The translations under genes and the position numbers were made by a program. From assembly GCA_040954595.2 (NCBI GenBank), contig CM082577.2, positions 15,569,903 to 15,633,902 on the forward strand: a stretch of DNA of 64,000 nt. The letters run 5' to 3'. The notes beneath the pieces were generated by a model. It had not been told where the DNA came from and ran no database searches. It saw nothing but the letters and a program-made list of their open reading frames with translations. This DNA comes from Balanoglossus misakiensis (lineage: Eukaryota; Animalia; Hemichordata). Of the stretch, positions 26,071 to 39,614 are shown piece after piece (within the stretch, counting starts at the first letter, position 1; the number at the start of each line of letters is the position of its first letter).

Positions 26071-26374
26071 GGCAACATGAGTATCAAGTAGCACTATTTG
26101 TTTACGATTGTATTCATGAAAACTTCCCACTAACAATTCCACAGTTAATATTGAACACATTTATCCAACAAGGTCAAAAGAAAAAGGGAATCTTCTGGTT
26201 CCAAAATACGCCACAAATGTGGGTCAACATACAGTGAAATATTATGGTGCTCAAATATGCAACATATCAAATCTGTCTCATCAAAGTCATGCTTTAAAAA
26301 AGAATTGAAAAGGTATTATTTATCCATTTGACTGCTGTATTTTCAGAAGGAAAACAAACTGAATTTGGTTTTTC

Positions 26375-29300
26375 AAGTACCTTATATTTTCTGTAAAATA
26401 GACATTTAATTGGCAAGCCGTCCTGCATCAATTATTAATTGTGTACATGCACTAAAGCGCCCTCACTGCTGGGTGTGTTGTATGGTCTTTAACCCTGTTT
26501 CAAATTAGAGTACTTTCTGCAATTTCAAGACAGATCTTACGTGCCATTGGAGAGCTCCATTGACTGGTCATTCATACTGTTTTCATTCATTCATTGCGGC
26601 ATCAATATATTTTATCTATTCTAGCCAAAGAGCTTGGCACCTGTTGAAATGAACTCATCTGCTGTGGGCCAGTTTATTGGTGGCAGTTGAGCTGAGGAGA
26701 GCACCTTCCTTCCCGGCACGCCACCAAGTAAAGTTCCACGCCGCCCACCACAGATGCCAGCATTCATTCATGCGAGTGAGTGTAATTGCAAATTTGCCTA
26801 TTCTAGATCTGTAATGGAAATGGAGAAAGTACCTTATATTTTCTGTAAAATAGACATTTAATTGGCAAGCCGTCCTGCATCAATTATTAATTGTGTACAT
26901 GCACTAAAGCGCCCTCACTGCTGGGTGTGTTGTATGGTCTTTAACCCTGTTTCAAATTAGAGTACTTTCTGCAATTTCAAGACAGATCTTACGTGCCATT
27001 GGAGAGCTCCATTGACTGGTCATTCATACTGTTTTCATTCATTCATTGCGGCATCAATATATTTTATCTATTCTAGCCAAAGAGCTTGGCACCTGTTGAA
27101 ATGAACTCATCTGCTGTGGGCCAGTTTATTGGTGGCAGTTGAGCTGAGGAGAGCACCTTCCTTCCCGGCACGCCACCAAGTAAAGTTCCACGCCGCCCAC
27201 CACAGATGCCAGCATTCATTCATGCGAGTGAGTGTAATTGCAAATTTGCCTATTCTAGATCTGTAATGGAAATGGAGAAAGTACCTTATATTTTCTGTAA
27301 AATAGACATTTAATTGGCAAGCCGTCCTGCATCAATTATTAATTGTGTACATGCACTAAAGCGCCCTCACTGCTGGGTGTGTTGTATGGTCTTTAACCCT
27401 GTTTCAAATTAGAGTACTTTCTGCAATTTCAAGACAGATCTTACGTGCCATTGGAGAGCTCCATTGACTGGTCATTCATACTGTTTTCATTCATTCATTG
27501 CGGCATCAATATATTTTATCTATTCTAGCCAAAGAGCTTGGCACCTGTTGAAATGAACTCATCTGCTGTGGGCCAGTTTATTGGTGGCAGTTGAGCTGAG
27601 GAGAGCACCTTCCTTCCCGGCACGCCACCAAGTAAAGTTCCACGCCGCCCACCACAGATGCCAGCATTCATTCATGCGAGTGAGTGTAATTGCAAATTTG
27701 CCTATTCTAGATCTGTAATGGAAATGGAGAAAGTACCTTATATTTTCTGTAAAATAGACATTTAATTGGCAAGCCGTCCTGCATCAATTATTAATTGTGT
27801 ACATGCACTAAAGCGCCCTCACTGCTGGGTGTGTTGTATGGTCTTTAACCCTGTTTCAAATTAGAGTACTTTCTGCAATTTCAAGACAGATCTTACGTGC
27901 CATTGGAGAGCTCCATTGACTGGTCATTCATACTGTTTTCATTCATTCATTGCGGCATCAATATATTTTATCTATTCTAGCCAAAGAGCTTGGCACCTGT
28001 TGAAATGAACTCATCTGCTGTGGGCCAGTTTATTGGTGGCAGTTGAGCTGAGGAGAGCACCTTCTTTCCCGGCACGCCACCAAGTAAAGTTCCACGCCGC
28101 CCACCACAGATGCCAGCATTCATTCATGCGAGTGAGTGTAATTGCAAATTTGCCTATTCTAGATCTGTAATGGAAATGGAGAAAGTACCTTATATTTTCT
28201 GTAAAATAGACATTTAATTGGCAAGCCGTCCTGCATCAATTATTAATTGTGTACATGCACTAAAGCGCCCTCACTGCTGGGTGTGTTGTATGGTCTTTAA
28301 CCCTGTTTCAAATTAGAGTACTTTCTGCAATTTCAAGACAGATCTTACGTGCCATTGGAGAGCTCCATTGACTGGTCATTCATACTGTTTTCATTCATTC
28401 ATTGCGGCATCAATATATTTTATCTATTCTAGCCAAAGAGCTTGGCACCTGTTGAAATGAACTCATCTGCTGTGGGCCAGTTTATTGGTGGCAGTTGAGC
28501 TGAGGAGAGCACCTTCCTTCCCGGCACGCCACCAAGTAAAGTTCCACGCCGCCCACCACAGATGCCAGCATTCATTCATGCGAGTGAGTGTAATTGCAAA
28601 TTTGCCTATTCTAGAATTCTTACGTGCCATTGGAGAGCTCCATTGACTGGTCATTCATACTGTTTTCATTCATTCATTGCGGCATCAATATATTTTATCT
28701 ATTCTAGCCAAAGAGCTTGGCACCTGTTGAAATGAACTCATCTGCTGTGGGCCAGTTTATTGGTGGCAGTTGAGCTGAGGAGAGCACCTTCCTTCCCGGC
28801 ACGCCACCAAGTAAAGTTCCACGCCGCCCACCACAGATGCCAGCATTCATTCATGCGAGTGAGTGTAATTGCAAATTTGCCTATTCTAGATCTGTAATGG
28901 AAATGGAGAAAGTACCTTATATTTTCTGTAAAATAGACATTTAATTGGCAAGCCGTCCTGCATCAATTATTAATTGTGTACATGCACTAAAGCGCCCTCA
29001 CTGCTGGGTGTGTTGTATGGTCTTTAACCCTGTTTCAAATTAGAGTACTTTCTGCAATTTCAAGACAGATCTTACGTGCCATTGGAGAGCTCCATTGACT
29101 GGTCATTCATACTGTTTTCATTCATTCATTGCGGCATCAATATATTTTATCTATTCTAGCCAAAGAGCTTGGCACCTGTTGAAATGAACTCATCTGCTGT
29201 GGGCCAGTTTATTGGTGGCAGTTGAGCTGAGGAGAGCACCTTCTTTCCCGGCACGCCACCAAGTAAAGTTCCACGCCGCCCACCACAGATGCCAGCATTC

Positions 29301-32300
29301 ATTCATGCGAGTGAGTGTAATTGCAAATTTGCCTATTCTAGAATCTTACGTGCCATTGGAGAGCTCCATTGACTGGTCATTCATACTGTTTTCATTCATT
29401 CATTGCGGCATCAATATATTTTATCTATTCTAGCCAAAGAGCTTGGCACCTGTTGAAATGAACTCATCTGCTGTGGGCCAGTTTATTGGTGGCAGTTGAG
29501 CTGAGGAGAGCACCTTCTTTCCCGGCACGCCACCAAGTAAAGTTCCACGCCGCCCACCACAGATGCCAGCATTCATTCATGCGAGTGAGTGTAATTGCAA
29601 ATTTGCCTATTCTAGATTCTTACGTGCCATTGGAGAGCTCCATTGACTGGTCATTCATACTGTTTTCATTCATTCATTGCGGCATCAATATATTTTATCT
29701 ATTCTAGCCAAAGAGCTTGGCACCTGTTGAAATGAACTCATCTGCTGTGGGCCAGTTTATTGGTGGCAGTTGAGCTGAGGAGAGCACCTTCCTTCCCGGC
29801 ACGCCACCAAGTAAAGTTCCACGCCGCCCACCACAGATGCCAGCATTCATTCATGCGAGTGAGTGTAATTGCAAATTTGCCTATTCTAGAATCTTACGTG
29901 CCATTGGAGAGCTCCATTGACTGGTCATTCATACTGTTTTCATTCATTCATTGCGGCATCAATATATTTTATCTATTCTAGCCAAAGAGCTTGGCACCTG
30001 TTGAAATGAACTCATCTGCTGTGGGCCAGTTTATTGGTGGCAGTTGAGCTGAGGAGAGCACCTTCCTTCCCGGCACGCCACCAAGTAAAGTTCCACGCCG
30101 CCCACCACAGATGCCAGCATTCATTCATGCGAGTGAGTGTAATTGCAAATTTGCCTATTCTAGAATCTTACGTGCCATTGGAGAGCTCCATTGACTGGTC
30201 ATTCATACTGTTTTCATTCATTCATTGCGGCATCAATATATTTTATCTATTCTAGCCGAAGAGCTTGGCACCTGTTGAAATGAACTCATCTGCTGTGGGC
30301 CAGTTTATTGGTGGCAGTTGAGCTGAGGAGAGCACCTTCCTTCCCGGCACGCCACCAAGTAAAGTTCCACGCCGCCCACCACAGATGCCAGCATTCATTC
30401 ATGCGAGTGAGTGTAATTGCAAATTTGCCTATTCTAGATCTGTAATGGAAATGGAGAAAGTACCTTATATTTTCTGTAAAATAGACATTTAATTGGCAAG
30501 CCGTCCTGCATCAATTATTAATTGTGTACATGCACTAAAGCGCCCCCACTGCTGGGTGTGTTGTATGGTCTTTAACCCTGTTTCAAATTAGAGTACTTTC
30601 TGCAATTTCAAGACAGATCTTACGTGCCATTGGAGAGCTCCATTGACTGGTCATTCATACTGTTTTCATTCATTCATTGCGGCATCAATATATTTTATCT
30701 ATTCTAGCCAAAGAGCTTGGCACCTGTTGAAATGAACTCATCTGCTGTGGGCCAGTTTATTGGTGGCAGTTGAGCTGAGGAGAGCACCTTCCTTCCCGGC
30801 ACGCCACCAAGTAAAGTTCCACGCCGCCCACCACAGATGCCAGCATTCATTCATGCGAGTGAGTGTAATTGCAAATTTGCCTATTCTAGATCTGTAATGG
30901 AAATGGAGAAAGTACCTTATATTTTCTGTAAAATAGACATTTAATTGGCAAGCCGTCCTGCATCAATTATTAATTGTGTACATGCACTAAAGCGCCCTCA
31001 CTGCTGGGTGTGTTGTATGGTCTTTAACCCTGTTTCAAATTAGAGTACTTTCTGCAATTTCAAGACAGATCTTACGTGCCATTGGAGAGCTCCATTGACT
31101 GGTCATTCATACTGTTTTCATTCATTCATTGCGGCATCAATATATTTTATCTATTCTAGCCAAAGAGCTTGGCACCTGTTGAAATGAACTCATCTGCTGT
31201 GGGCCAGTTTATTGGTGGCAGTTGAGCTGAGGAGAGCACCTTCCTTCCCGGCACGCCACCAAGTAAAGTTCCACGCCGCCCACCACAGATGCCAGCATTC
31301 ATTCATGCGAGTGAGTGTAATTGCAAATTTGCCTATTCTAGAATCTTACGTGCCATTGGAGAGCTCCATTGACTGGTCATTCATACTGTTTTCATTCATT
31401 CATTGCGGCATCAATATATTTTATCTATTCTAGCCGAAGAGCTTGGCACCTGTTGAAATGAACTCATCTGCTGTGGGCCAGTTTATTGGTGGCAGTTGAG
31501 CTGAGGAGAGCACCTTCCTTCCCGGCACGCCACCAAGTAAAGTTCCACGCCGCCCACCACAGATGCCAGCATTCATTCATGCGAGTGAGTGTAATTGCAA
31601 ATTTGCCTATTCTAGATCTGTAATGGAAATGGAGAAAGTACCTTATATTTTCTGTAAAATAGACATTTAATTGGCAAGCCGTCCTGCATCAATTATTAAT
31701 TGTGTACATGCACTAAAGCGCCCTCACTGCTGGGTGTGTTGTATGGTCTTTAACCCTGTTTCAAATTAGAGTACTTTCTGCAATTTCAAGACAGATCTTA
31801 CGTGCCATTGGAGAGCTCCATTGACTGGTCATTCATACTGTTTTCATTCATTCATTGCGGCATCAATATATTTTATCTATTCTAGCCAAAGAGCTTGGCA
31901 CCTGTTGAAATGAACTCATCTGCTGTGGGCCAGTTTATTGGTGGCAGTTGAGCTGAGGAGAGCACCTTCCTTCCCGGCACGCCACCAAGTAAAGTTCCAC
32001 GCCGCCCACCACAGATGCCAGCATTCATTCATGCGAGTGAGTGTAATTGCAAATTTGCCTATTCTAGATCTGTAATGGAAATGGAGAAAGTACCTTATAT
32101 TTTCTGTAAAATAGACATTTAATTGGCAAGCCGTCCTGCATCAATTATTAATTGTGTACATGCACTAAAGCGCCCTCACTGCTGGGTGTGTTGTATGGTC
32201 TTTAACCCTGTTTCAAATTAGAGTACTTTCTGCAATTTCAAGACAGATCTTACGTGCCATTGGAGAGCTCCATTGACTGGTCATTCATACTGTTTTCATT

Positions 32301-35300
32301 CATTCATTGCGGCATCAATATATTTTATCTATTCTAGCCAAAGAGCTTGGCACCTGTTGAAATGAACTCATCTGCTGTGGGCCAGTTTATTGGTGGCAGT
32401 TGAGCTGAGGAGAGCACCTTCCTTCCCGGCACGCCACCAAGTAAAGTTCCACGCCGCCCACCACAGATGCCAGCATTCATTCATGCGAGTGAGTGTAATT
32501 GCAAATTTGCCTATTCTAGAATTCTTACGTGCCATTGGAGAGCTCCATTGACTGGTCATTCATACTGTTTTCATTCATTCATTGCGGCATCAATATATTT
32601 TATCTATTCTAGCCAAAGAGCTTGGCACCTGTTGAAATGAACTCATCTGCTGTGGGCCAGTTTATTGGTGGCAGTTGAGCTGAGGAGAGCACCTTCCTTC
32701 CCGGCACGCCACCAAGTAAAGTTCCACGCCGCCCACCACAGATGCCAGCATTCATTCATGCGAGTGAGTGTAATTGCAAATTTGCCTATTCTAGATCTGT
32801 AATGGAAATGGAGAAAGTACCTTATATTTTCTGTAAAATAGACATTTAATTGGCAAGCCGTCCTGCATCAATTATTAATTGTGTACATGCACTAAAGCGC
32901 CCTCACTGCTGGGTGTGTTGTATGGTCTTTAACCCTGTTTCAAATTAGAGTACTTTCTGCAATTTCAAGACAGATCTTACGTGCCATTGGAGAGCTCCAT
33001 TGACTGGTCATTCATACTGTTTTCATTCATTCATTGCGGCATCAATATATTTTATCTATTCTAGCCAAAGAGCTTGGCACCTGTTGAAATGAACTCATCT
33101 GCTGTGGGCCAGTTTATTGGTGGCAGTTGAGCTGAGGAGAGCACCTTCTTTCCCGGCACGCCACCAAGTAAAGTTCCACGCCGCCCACCACAGATGCCAG
33201 CATTCATTCATGCGAGTGAGTGTAATTGCAAATTTGCCTATTCTAGAATCTTACGTGCCATTGGAGAGCTCCATTGACTGGTCATTCATACTGTTTTCAT
33301 TCATTCATTGCGGCATCAATATATTTTATCTATTCTAGCCAAAGAGCTTGGCACCTGTTGAAATGAACTCATCTGCTGTGGGCCAGTTTATTGGTGGCAG
33401 TTGAGCTGAGGAGAGCACCTTCTTTCCCGGCACGCCACCAAGTAAAGTTCCACGCCGCCCACCACAGATGCCAGCATTCATTCATGCGAGTGAGTGTAAT
33501 TGCAAATTTGCCTATTCTAGAATCTTACGTGCCATTGGAGAGCTCCATTGACTGGTCATTCATACTGTTTTCATTCATTCATTGCGGCATCAATATATTT
33601 TATCTATTCTAGCCAAAGAGCTTGGCACCTGTTGAAATGAACTCATCTGCTGTGGGCCAGTTTATTGGTGGCAGTTGAGCTGAGGAGAGCACCTTCCTTC
33701 CCGGCACGCCACCAAGTAAAGTTCCACGCCGCCCACCACAGATGCCAGCATTCATTCATGCGAGTGAGTGTAATTGCAAATTTGCCTATTCTAGAATCTT
33801 ACGTGCCATTGGAGAGCTCCATTGACTGGTCATTCATACTGTTTTCATTCATTCATTGCGGCATCAATATATTTTATCTATTCTAGCCAAAGAGCTTGGC
33901 ACCTGTTGAAATGAACTCATCTGCTGTGGGCCAGTTTATTGGTGGCAGTTGAGCTGAGGAGAGCACCTTCCTTCCCGGCACGCCACCAAGTAAAGTTCCA
34001 CGCCGCCCACCACAGATGCCAGCATTCATTCATGCGAGTGAGTGTAATTGCAAATTTGCCTATTCTAGAATCTTACGTGCCATTGGAGAGCTCCATTGAC
34101 TGGTCATTCATACTGTTTTCATTCATTCATTGCGGCATCAATATATTTTATCTATTCTAGCCGAAGAGCTTGGCACCTGTTGAAATGAACTCATCTGCTG
34201 TGGGCCAGTTTATTGGTGGCAGTTGAGCTGAGGAGAGCACCTTCCTTCCCGGCACGCCACCAAGTAAAGTTCCACGCCGCCCACCACAGATGCCAGCATT
34301 CATTCATGCGAGTGAGTGTAATTGCAAATTTGCCTATTCTAGATCTGTAATGGAAATGGAGAAAGTACCTTATATTTTCTGTAAAATAGACATTTAATTG
34401 GCAAGCCGTCCTGCATCAATTATTAATTGTGTACATGCACTAAAGCGCCCTCACTGCTGGGTGTGTTGTATGGTCTTTAACCCTGTTTCAAATTAGAGTA
34501 CTTTCTGCAATTTCAAGACAGATCTTACGTGCCATTGGAGAGCTCCATTGACTGGTCATTCATACTGTTTTCATTCATTCATTGCGGCATCAATATATTT
34601 TATCTATTCTAGCCAAAGAGCTTGGCACCTGTTGAAATGAACTCATCTGCTGTGGGCCAGTTTATTGGTGGCAGTTGAGCTGAGGAGAGCACCTTCCTTC
34701 CCGGCACGCCACCAAGTAAAGTTCCACGCCGCCCACCACAGATGCCAGCATTCATTCATGCGAGTGAGTGTAATTGCAAATTTGCCTATTCTAGATTCTT
34801 ACGTGCCATTGGAGAGCTCCATTGACTGGTCATTCATACTGTTTTCATTCATTCATTGCGGCATCAATATATTTTATCTATTCTAGCCAAAGAGCTTGGC
34901 ACCTGTTGAAATGAACTCATCTGCTGTGGGCCAGTTTATTGGTGGCAGTTGAGCTGAGGAGAGCACCTTCCTTCCCGGCACGCCACCAAGTAAAGTTCCA
35001 CGCCGCCCACCACAGATGCCAGCATTCATTCATGCGAGTGAGTGTAATTGCAAATTTGCCTATTCTAGAATCTTACGTGCCATTGGAGAGCTCCATTGAC
35101 TGGTCATTCATACTGTTTTCATTCATTCATTGCGGCATCAATATATTTTATCTATTCTAGCCAAAGAGCTTGGCACCTGTTGAAATGAACTCATCTGCTG
35201 TGGGCCAGTTTATTGGTGGCAGTTGAGCTGAGGAGAGCACCTTCCTTCCCGGCACGCCACCAAGTAAAGTTCCACGCCGCCCACCACAGATGCCAGCATT

Positions 35301-38300
35301 CATTCATGCGAGTGAGTGTAATTGCAAATTTGCCTATTCTAGATCTGTAATGGAAATGGAGAAAGTACCTTATATTTTCTGTAAAATAGACATTTAATTG
35401 GCAAGCCGTCCTGCATCAATTATTAATTGTGTACATGCACTAAAGCGCCCTCACTGCTGGGTGTGTTGTATGGTCTTTAACCCTGTTTCAAATTAGAGTA
35501 CTTTCTGCAATTTCAAGACAGATCTTACGTGCCATTGGAGAGCTCCATTGACTGGTCATTCATACTGTTTTCATTCATTCATTGCGGCATCAATATATTT
35601 TATCTATTCTAGCCAAAGAGCTTGGCACCTGTTGAAATGAACTCATCTGCTGTGGGCCAGTTTATTGGTGGCAGTTGAGCTGAGGAGAGCACCTTCCTTC
35701 CCGGCACGCCACCAAGTAAAGTTCCACGCCGCCCACCACAGATGCCAGCATTCATTCATGCGAGTGAGTGTAATTGCAAATTTGCCTATTCTAGAATTCT
35801 TACGTGCCATTGGAGAGCTCCATTGACTGGTCATTCATACTGTTTTCATTCATTCATTGCGGCATCAATATATTTTATCTATTCTAGCCAAAGAGCTTGG
35901 CACCTGTTGAAATGAACTCATCTGCTGTGGGCCAGTTTATTGGTGGCAGTTGAGCTGAGAAGAGCACCTTCCTTCCCGGCACGCCACCAAGTAAAGTTCC
36001 ACGCCGCCCACCACAGATGCCAGCATTCATTCATGCGAGTGAGTGTAATTGCAAATTTGCCTATTCTAGATCTGTAATGGAAATGGAGAAAGTACCTTAT
36101 ATTTTCTGTAAAATAGACATTTAATTGGCAAGCCGTCCTGCATCAATTATGAATTGTGTACATGCACTAAAGCGCCCTCACTGCTGGGTGTGTTGTATGG
36201 TCTTTAACCCTGTTTCAAATTAGAGTACTTTCTGCAATTTCAAGACAGATCTTACGTGCCATTGGAGAGCTCCATTGACTGGTCATTCATACTGTTTTCA
36301 TTCATTCATTGCGGCATCAATATATTTTATCTATTCTAGCCAAAGAGCTTGGCACCTGTTGAAATGAACTCATCTGCTGTGGGCCAGTTTATTGGTGGCA
36401 GTTGAGCTGAGAAGAGCACCTTCCTTCCCGGCACGCCACCAAGTAAAGTTCCACGCCGCCCACCACAGATGCCAGCATTCATTCATGCGAGTGAGTGTAA
36501 TTGCAAATTTGCCTATTCTAGATCTGTAATGGAAATGGAGAAAGTACCTTATATTTTCTGTAAAATAGACATTTAATTGGCAAGCCGTCCTGCATCAATT
36601 ATGAATTGTGTACATGCACTAAAGCGCCCTCACTGCTGGGTGTGTTGTATGGTCTTTAACCCTGTTTCAAATTAGAGTACTTTCTGCAATTTCAAGACAG
36701 ATCTTACGTGCCATTGGAGAGCTCCATTGACTGGTCATTCATACTGTTTTCATTCATTCATTGCGGCATCAATATATTTTATCTATTCTAGCCAAAGAGC
36801 TTGGCACCTGTTGAAATGAACTCATCTGCTGTGGGCCAGTTTATTGGTGGCAGTTGAGCTGAGGAGAGCACCTTCCTTCCCGGCACGCCACCAAGTAAAG
36901 TTCCACGCCGCCCACCACAGATGCCAGCATTCATTCATGCGAGTGAGTGTAATTGCAAATTTGCCTATTCTAGAATTCTTACGTGCCATTGGAGAGCTCC
37001 ATTGACTGGTCATTCATACTGTTTTCATTCATTCATTGCGGCATCAATATATTTTATCTATTCTAGCCAAAGAGCTTGGCACCTGTTGAAATGAACTCAT
37101 CTGCTGTGGGCCAGTTTATTGGTGGCAGTTGAGCTGAGAAGAGCACCTTCCTTCCCGGCACGCCACCAAGTAAAGTTCCACGCCGCCCACCACAGATGCC
37201 AGCATTCATTCATGCGAGTGAGTGTAATTGCAAATTTGCCTATTCTAGATCTGTAATGGAAATGGAGAAAGTACCTTATATTTTCTGTAAAATAGACATT
37301 TAATTGGCAAGCCGTCCTGCATCAATTATGAATTGTGTACATGCACTAAAGCGCCCTCACTGCTGGGTGTGTTGTATGGTCTTTAACCCTGTTTCAAATT
37401 AGAGTACTTTCTGCAATTTCAAGACAGATCTTACGTGCCATTGGAGAGCTCCATTGACTGGTCATTCATACTGTTTTCATTCATTCATTGCGGCATCAAT
37501 ATATTTTATCTATTCTAGCCAAAGAGCTTGGCACCTGTTGAAATGAACTCATCTGCTGTGGGCCAGTTTATTGGTGGCAGTTGAGCTGAGAAGAGCACCT
37601 TCCTTCCCGGCACGCCACCAAGTAAAGTTCCACGCCGCCCACCACAGATGCCAGCATTCATTCATGCGAGTGAGTGTAATTGCAAATTTGCCTATTCTAG
37701 AATTCTTACGTGCCATTGGAGAGCTCCATTGACTGGTCATTCATACTGTTTTCATTCATTCATTGCGGCATCAATATATTTTATCTATTCTAGCCAAAGA
37801 GCTTGGCACCTGTTGAAATGAACTCATCTGCTGTGGGCCAGTTTATTGGTGGCAGTTGAGCTGAGAAGAGCACCTTCCTTCCCGGCACGCCACCAAGTAA
37901 AGTTCCACGCCGCCCACCACAGATGCCAGCATTCATTCATGCGAGTGAGTGTAATTGCAAATTTGCCTATTCTAGAATTCTTACGTGCCATTGGAGAGCT
38001 CCATTGACTGGTCATTCATACTGTTTTCATTCATTCATTGCGGCATCAATATATTTTATCTATTCTAGCCAAAGAGCTTGGCACCTGTTGAAATGAACTC
38101 ATCTGCTGTGGGCCAGTTTATTGGTGGCAGTTGAGCTGAGAAGAGCACCTTCCTTCCCGGCACGCCACCAAGTAAAGTTCCACGCCGCCCACCACAGATG
38201 CCAGCATTCATTCATGCGAGTGAGTGTAATTGCAAATTTGCCTATTCTAGATCTGTAATGGAAATGGAGAAAGTACCTTATATTTTCTGTAAAATAGACA

Positions 38301-38431
38301 TTTAATTGGCAAGCCGTCCTGCATCAATTATGAATTGTGTACATGCACTAAAGCGCCCTCACTGCTGGGTGTGTTGTATGGTCTTTAACCCTGTTTCAAA
38401 TTAGAGTACTTTCTGCAATTTCAAGACAGAT
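26375..38431. repeat. Tandem satellite array, right arm (same unit family and orientation)
   Basis: Starts inside the MITE module left TIR (aagtaccttat) and ends at its right terminus (caagacagat), followed by an (AT)n tract. Confidence 0.98.
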
Positions 38432-38481
38432 ATAGATATATATATATATATATTAATATTAAGCAGTGTATTTACGCCAAC

Positions 38482-38711
38482 TTATTAGTTGCTAAACACT
38501 ACGTCATGTATATGGGATAATAAATATTAATCATTCCCGGTACGGCGACGTATTAGTCGCTAAACATTACGTCATGTATATGGTATAATGAATATTAATC
38601 ATTCCCGGTACGGCGACGTATTAGTCGCTAAACATTACGTCATGTCTATGGGGTAATGAATATTAATCAGTCCCGGTGCGCCGACGTATAAGTCGATAAA
38701 CATGACGTCAT
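38482..38711. repeat. 68-bp tandem repeat x~3.4 with CRE-like (T/C)TACGTCA/TGACGTCA motifs, upstream of the first viral-like ORF
   Basis: g(c/a)taaaca..acgtcat at 38491, 38559, 38627 and 38695. Confidence 0.9.
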
Positions 38712-38762
38712 ACTTTGTTCTTTTATATTGGACTCGCACGTCGAGTGCCGTCAATCAGCACC

Positions 38763-39614
38763 ATGACTAGCACACGTGCACAAACGAGGGAAAAACGGAA
38801 AGCCAGCATCCGTAATTGCATGTCAGTGTTTAAGCGCTGTGAATTATACAGTTCTGCCAGTGGGATGATCGTCAAAACATTGTTTAATCGGAACAGCGCA
38901 CCAGGCTTGGACACAAAGAACTGGGTGTTATCTATTCCCGAAGCTCCGGTTAGCCCTGATATGGAATTTGCCAGAGATGCCATTCCCCAGTCCTATTATC
39001 TCAATGACGCTGGACTAGGCTGCATTCTCCATCACTGGTTGAGACGGTTCCCTGTCTGCTTCAGGCATGGCATGGGGAGGCCACGCACCATAGACCTGTT
39101 TCTCAACACTATCCAAAACCGGTTGAGACTGCCGTTCATATGGTGTGTAAAAGCTGATTTCGTACGTGATCAACAACTTTCTGAGACCACGAGTAAACAC
39201 ACCGTGAGATCCGTTCATATCAATAATGCCAGGCTTTACATCAACGCGGTCGTGCAAAACTCATTGGATGAGAAAGTACCCTTGCGCTCTCTCCTGGCCT
39301 TACCGGAAATGAAACTGATCGATCGGAATAGGGACCCGGACGAAAACGCCGCCATTCTGGACGCATTTCAGAATGTGTTCCGAGAGGTCTATGCCAGAAG
39401 CAAGAAGGAACATCCGTACCCTATGGTTGCAGAGGTCTCCGACAAGAAATACAAAGTCACGGTGAGTGAGTACTTTGTACCATTAACACGGAATGAAGAT
39501 CCTAACAACTGTACGGCGATTTCAGAAGAGTACAGAGAACTTCGTTCGTACGATGACTCCAAGGATGTACAGTGCTTGGTGTTTGACACGGGACATGGCA
39601 CTAATGGACAGTAA
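38763..39614 (+). CDS. Hypothetical protein (~283 aa)
   Basis: Long ORF with accATG start; no recognised motif. Confidence 0.7.
   Translation: MTSTRAQTREKRKASIRNCMSVFKRCELYSSASGMIVKTLFNRNSAPGLDTKNWVLSIPEAPVSPDMEFARDAIPQSYYLNDAGLGCILHHWLRRFPVCFRHGMGRPRTIDLFLNTIQNRLRLPFIWCVKADFVRDQQLSETTSKHTVRSVHINNARLYINAVVQNSLDEKVPLRSLLALPEMKLIDRNRDPDENAAILDAFQNVFREVYARSKKEHPYPMVAEVSDKKYKVTVSEYFVPLTRNEDPNNCTAISEEYRELRSYDDSKDVQCLVFDTGHGTNGQ

Noticed and set aside
18221-26374. Conventional TIR/TSD-bounded Sola insertion
   Set aside because: No inverted repeats or target duplication are visible at either junction; ~86 bp of the unit is missing instead.
625-38015. Dozens of 63-73 aa ORFs (MVAVELRR..., MTSQWSS...)
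   Set aside because: Non-ATG starts, no recognisable domain, and their presence depends on the indel allele; they are by-products of the satellite.
1-38431. CRISPR-like array
   Set aside because: No unique spacers, units are 265-452 bp, no cas genes, and the context is eukaryotic.
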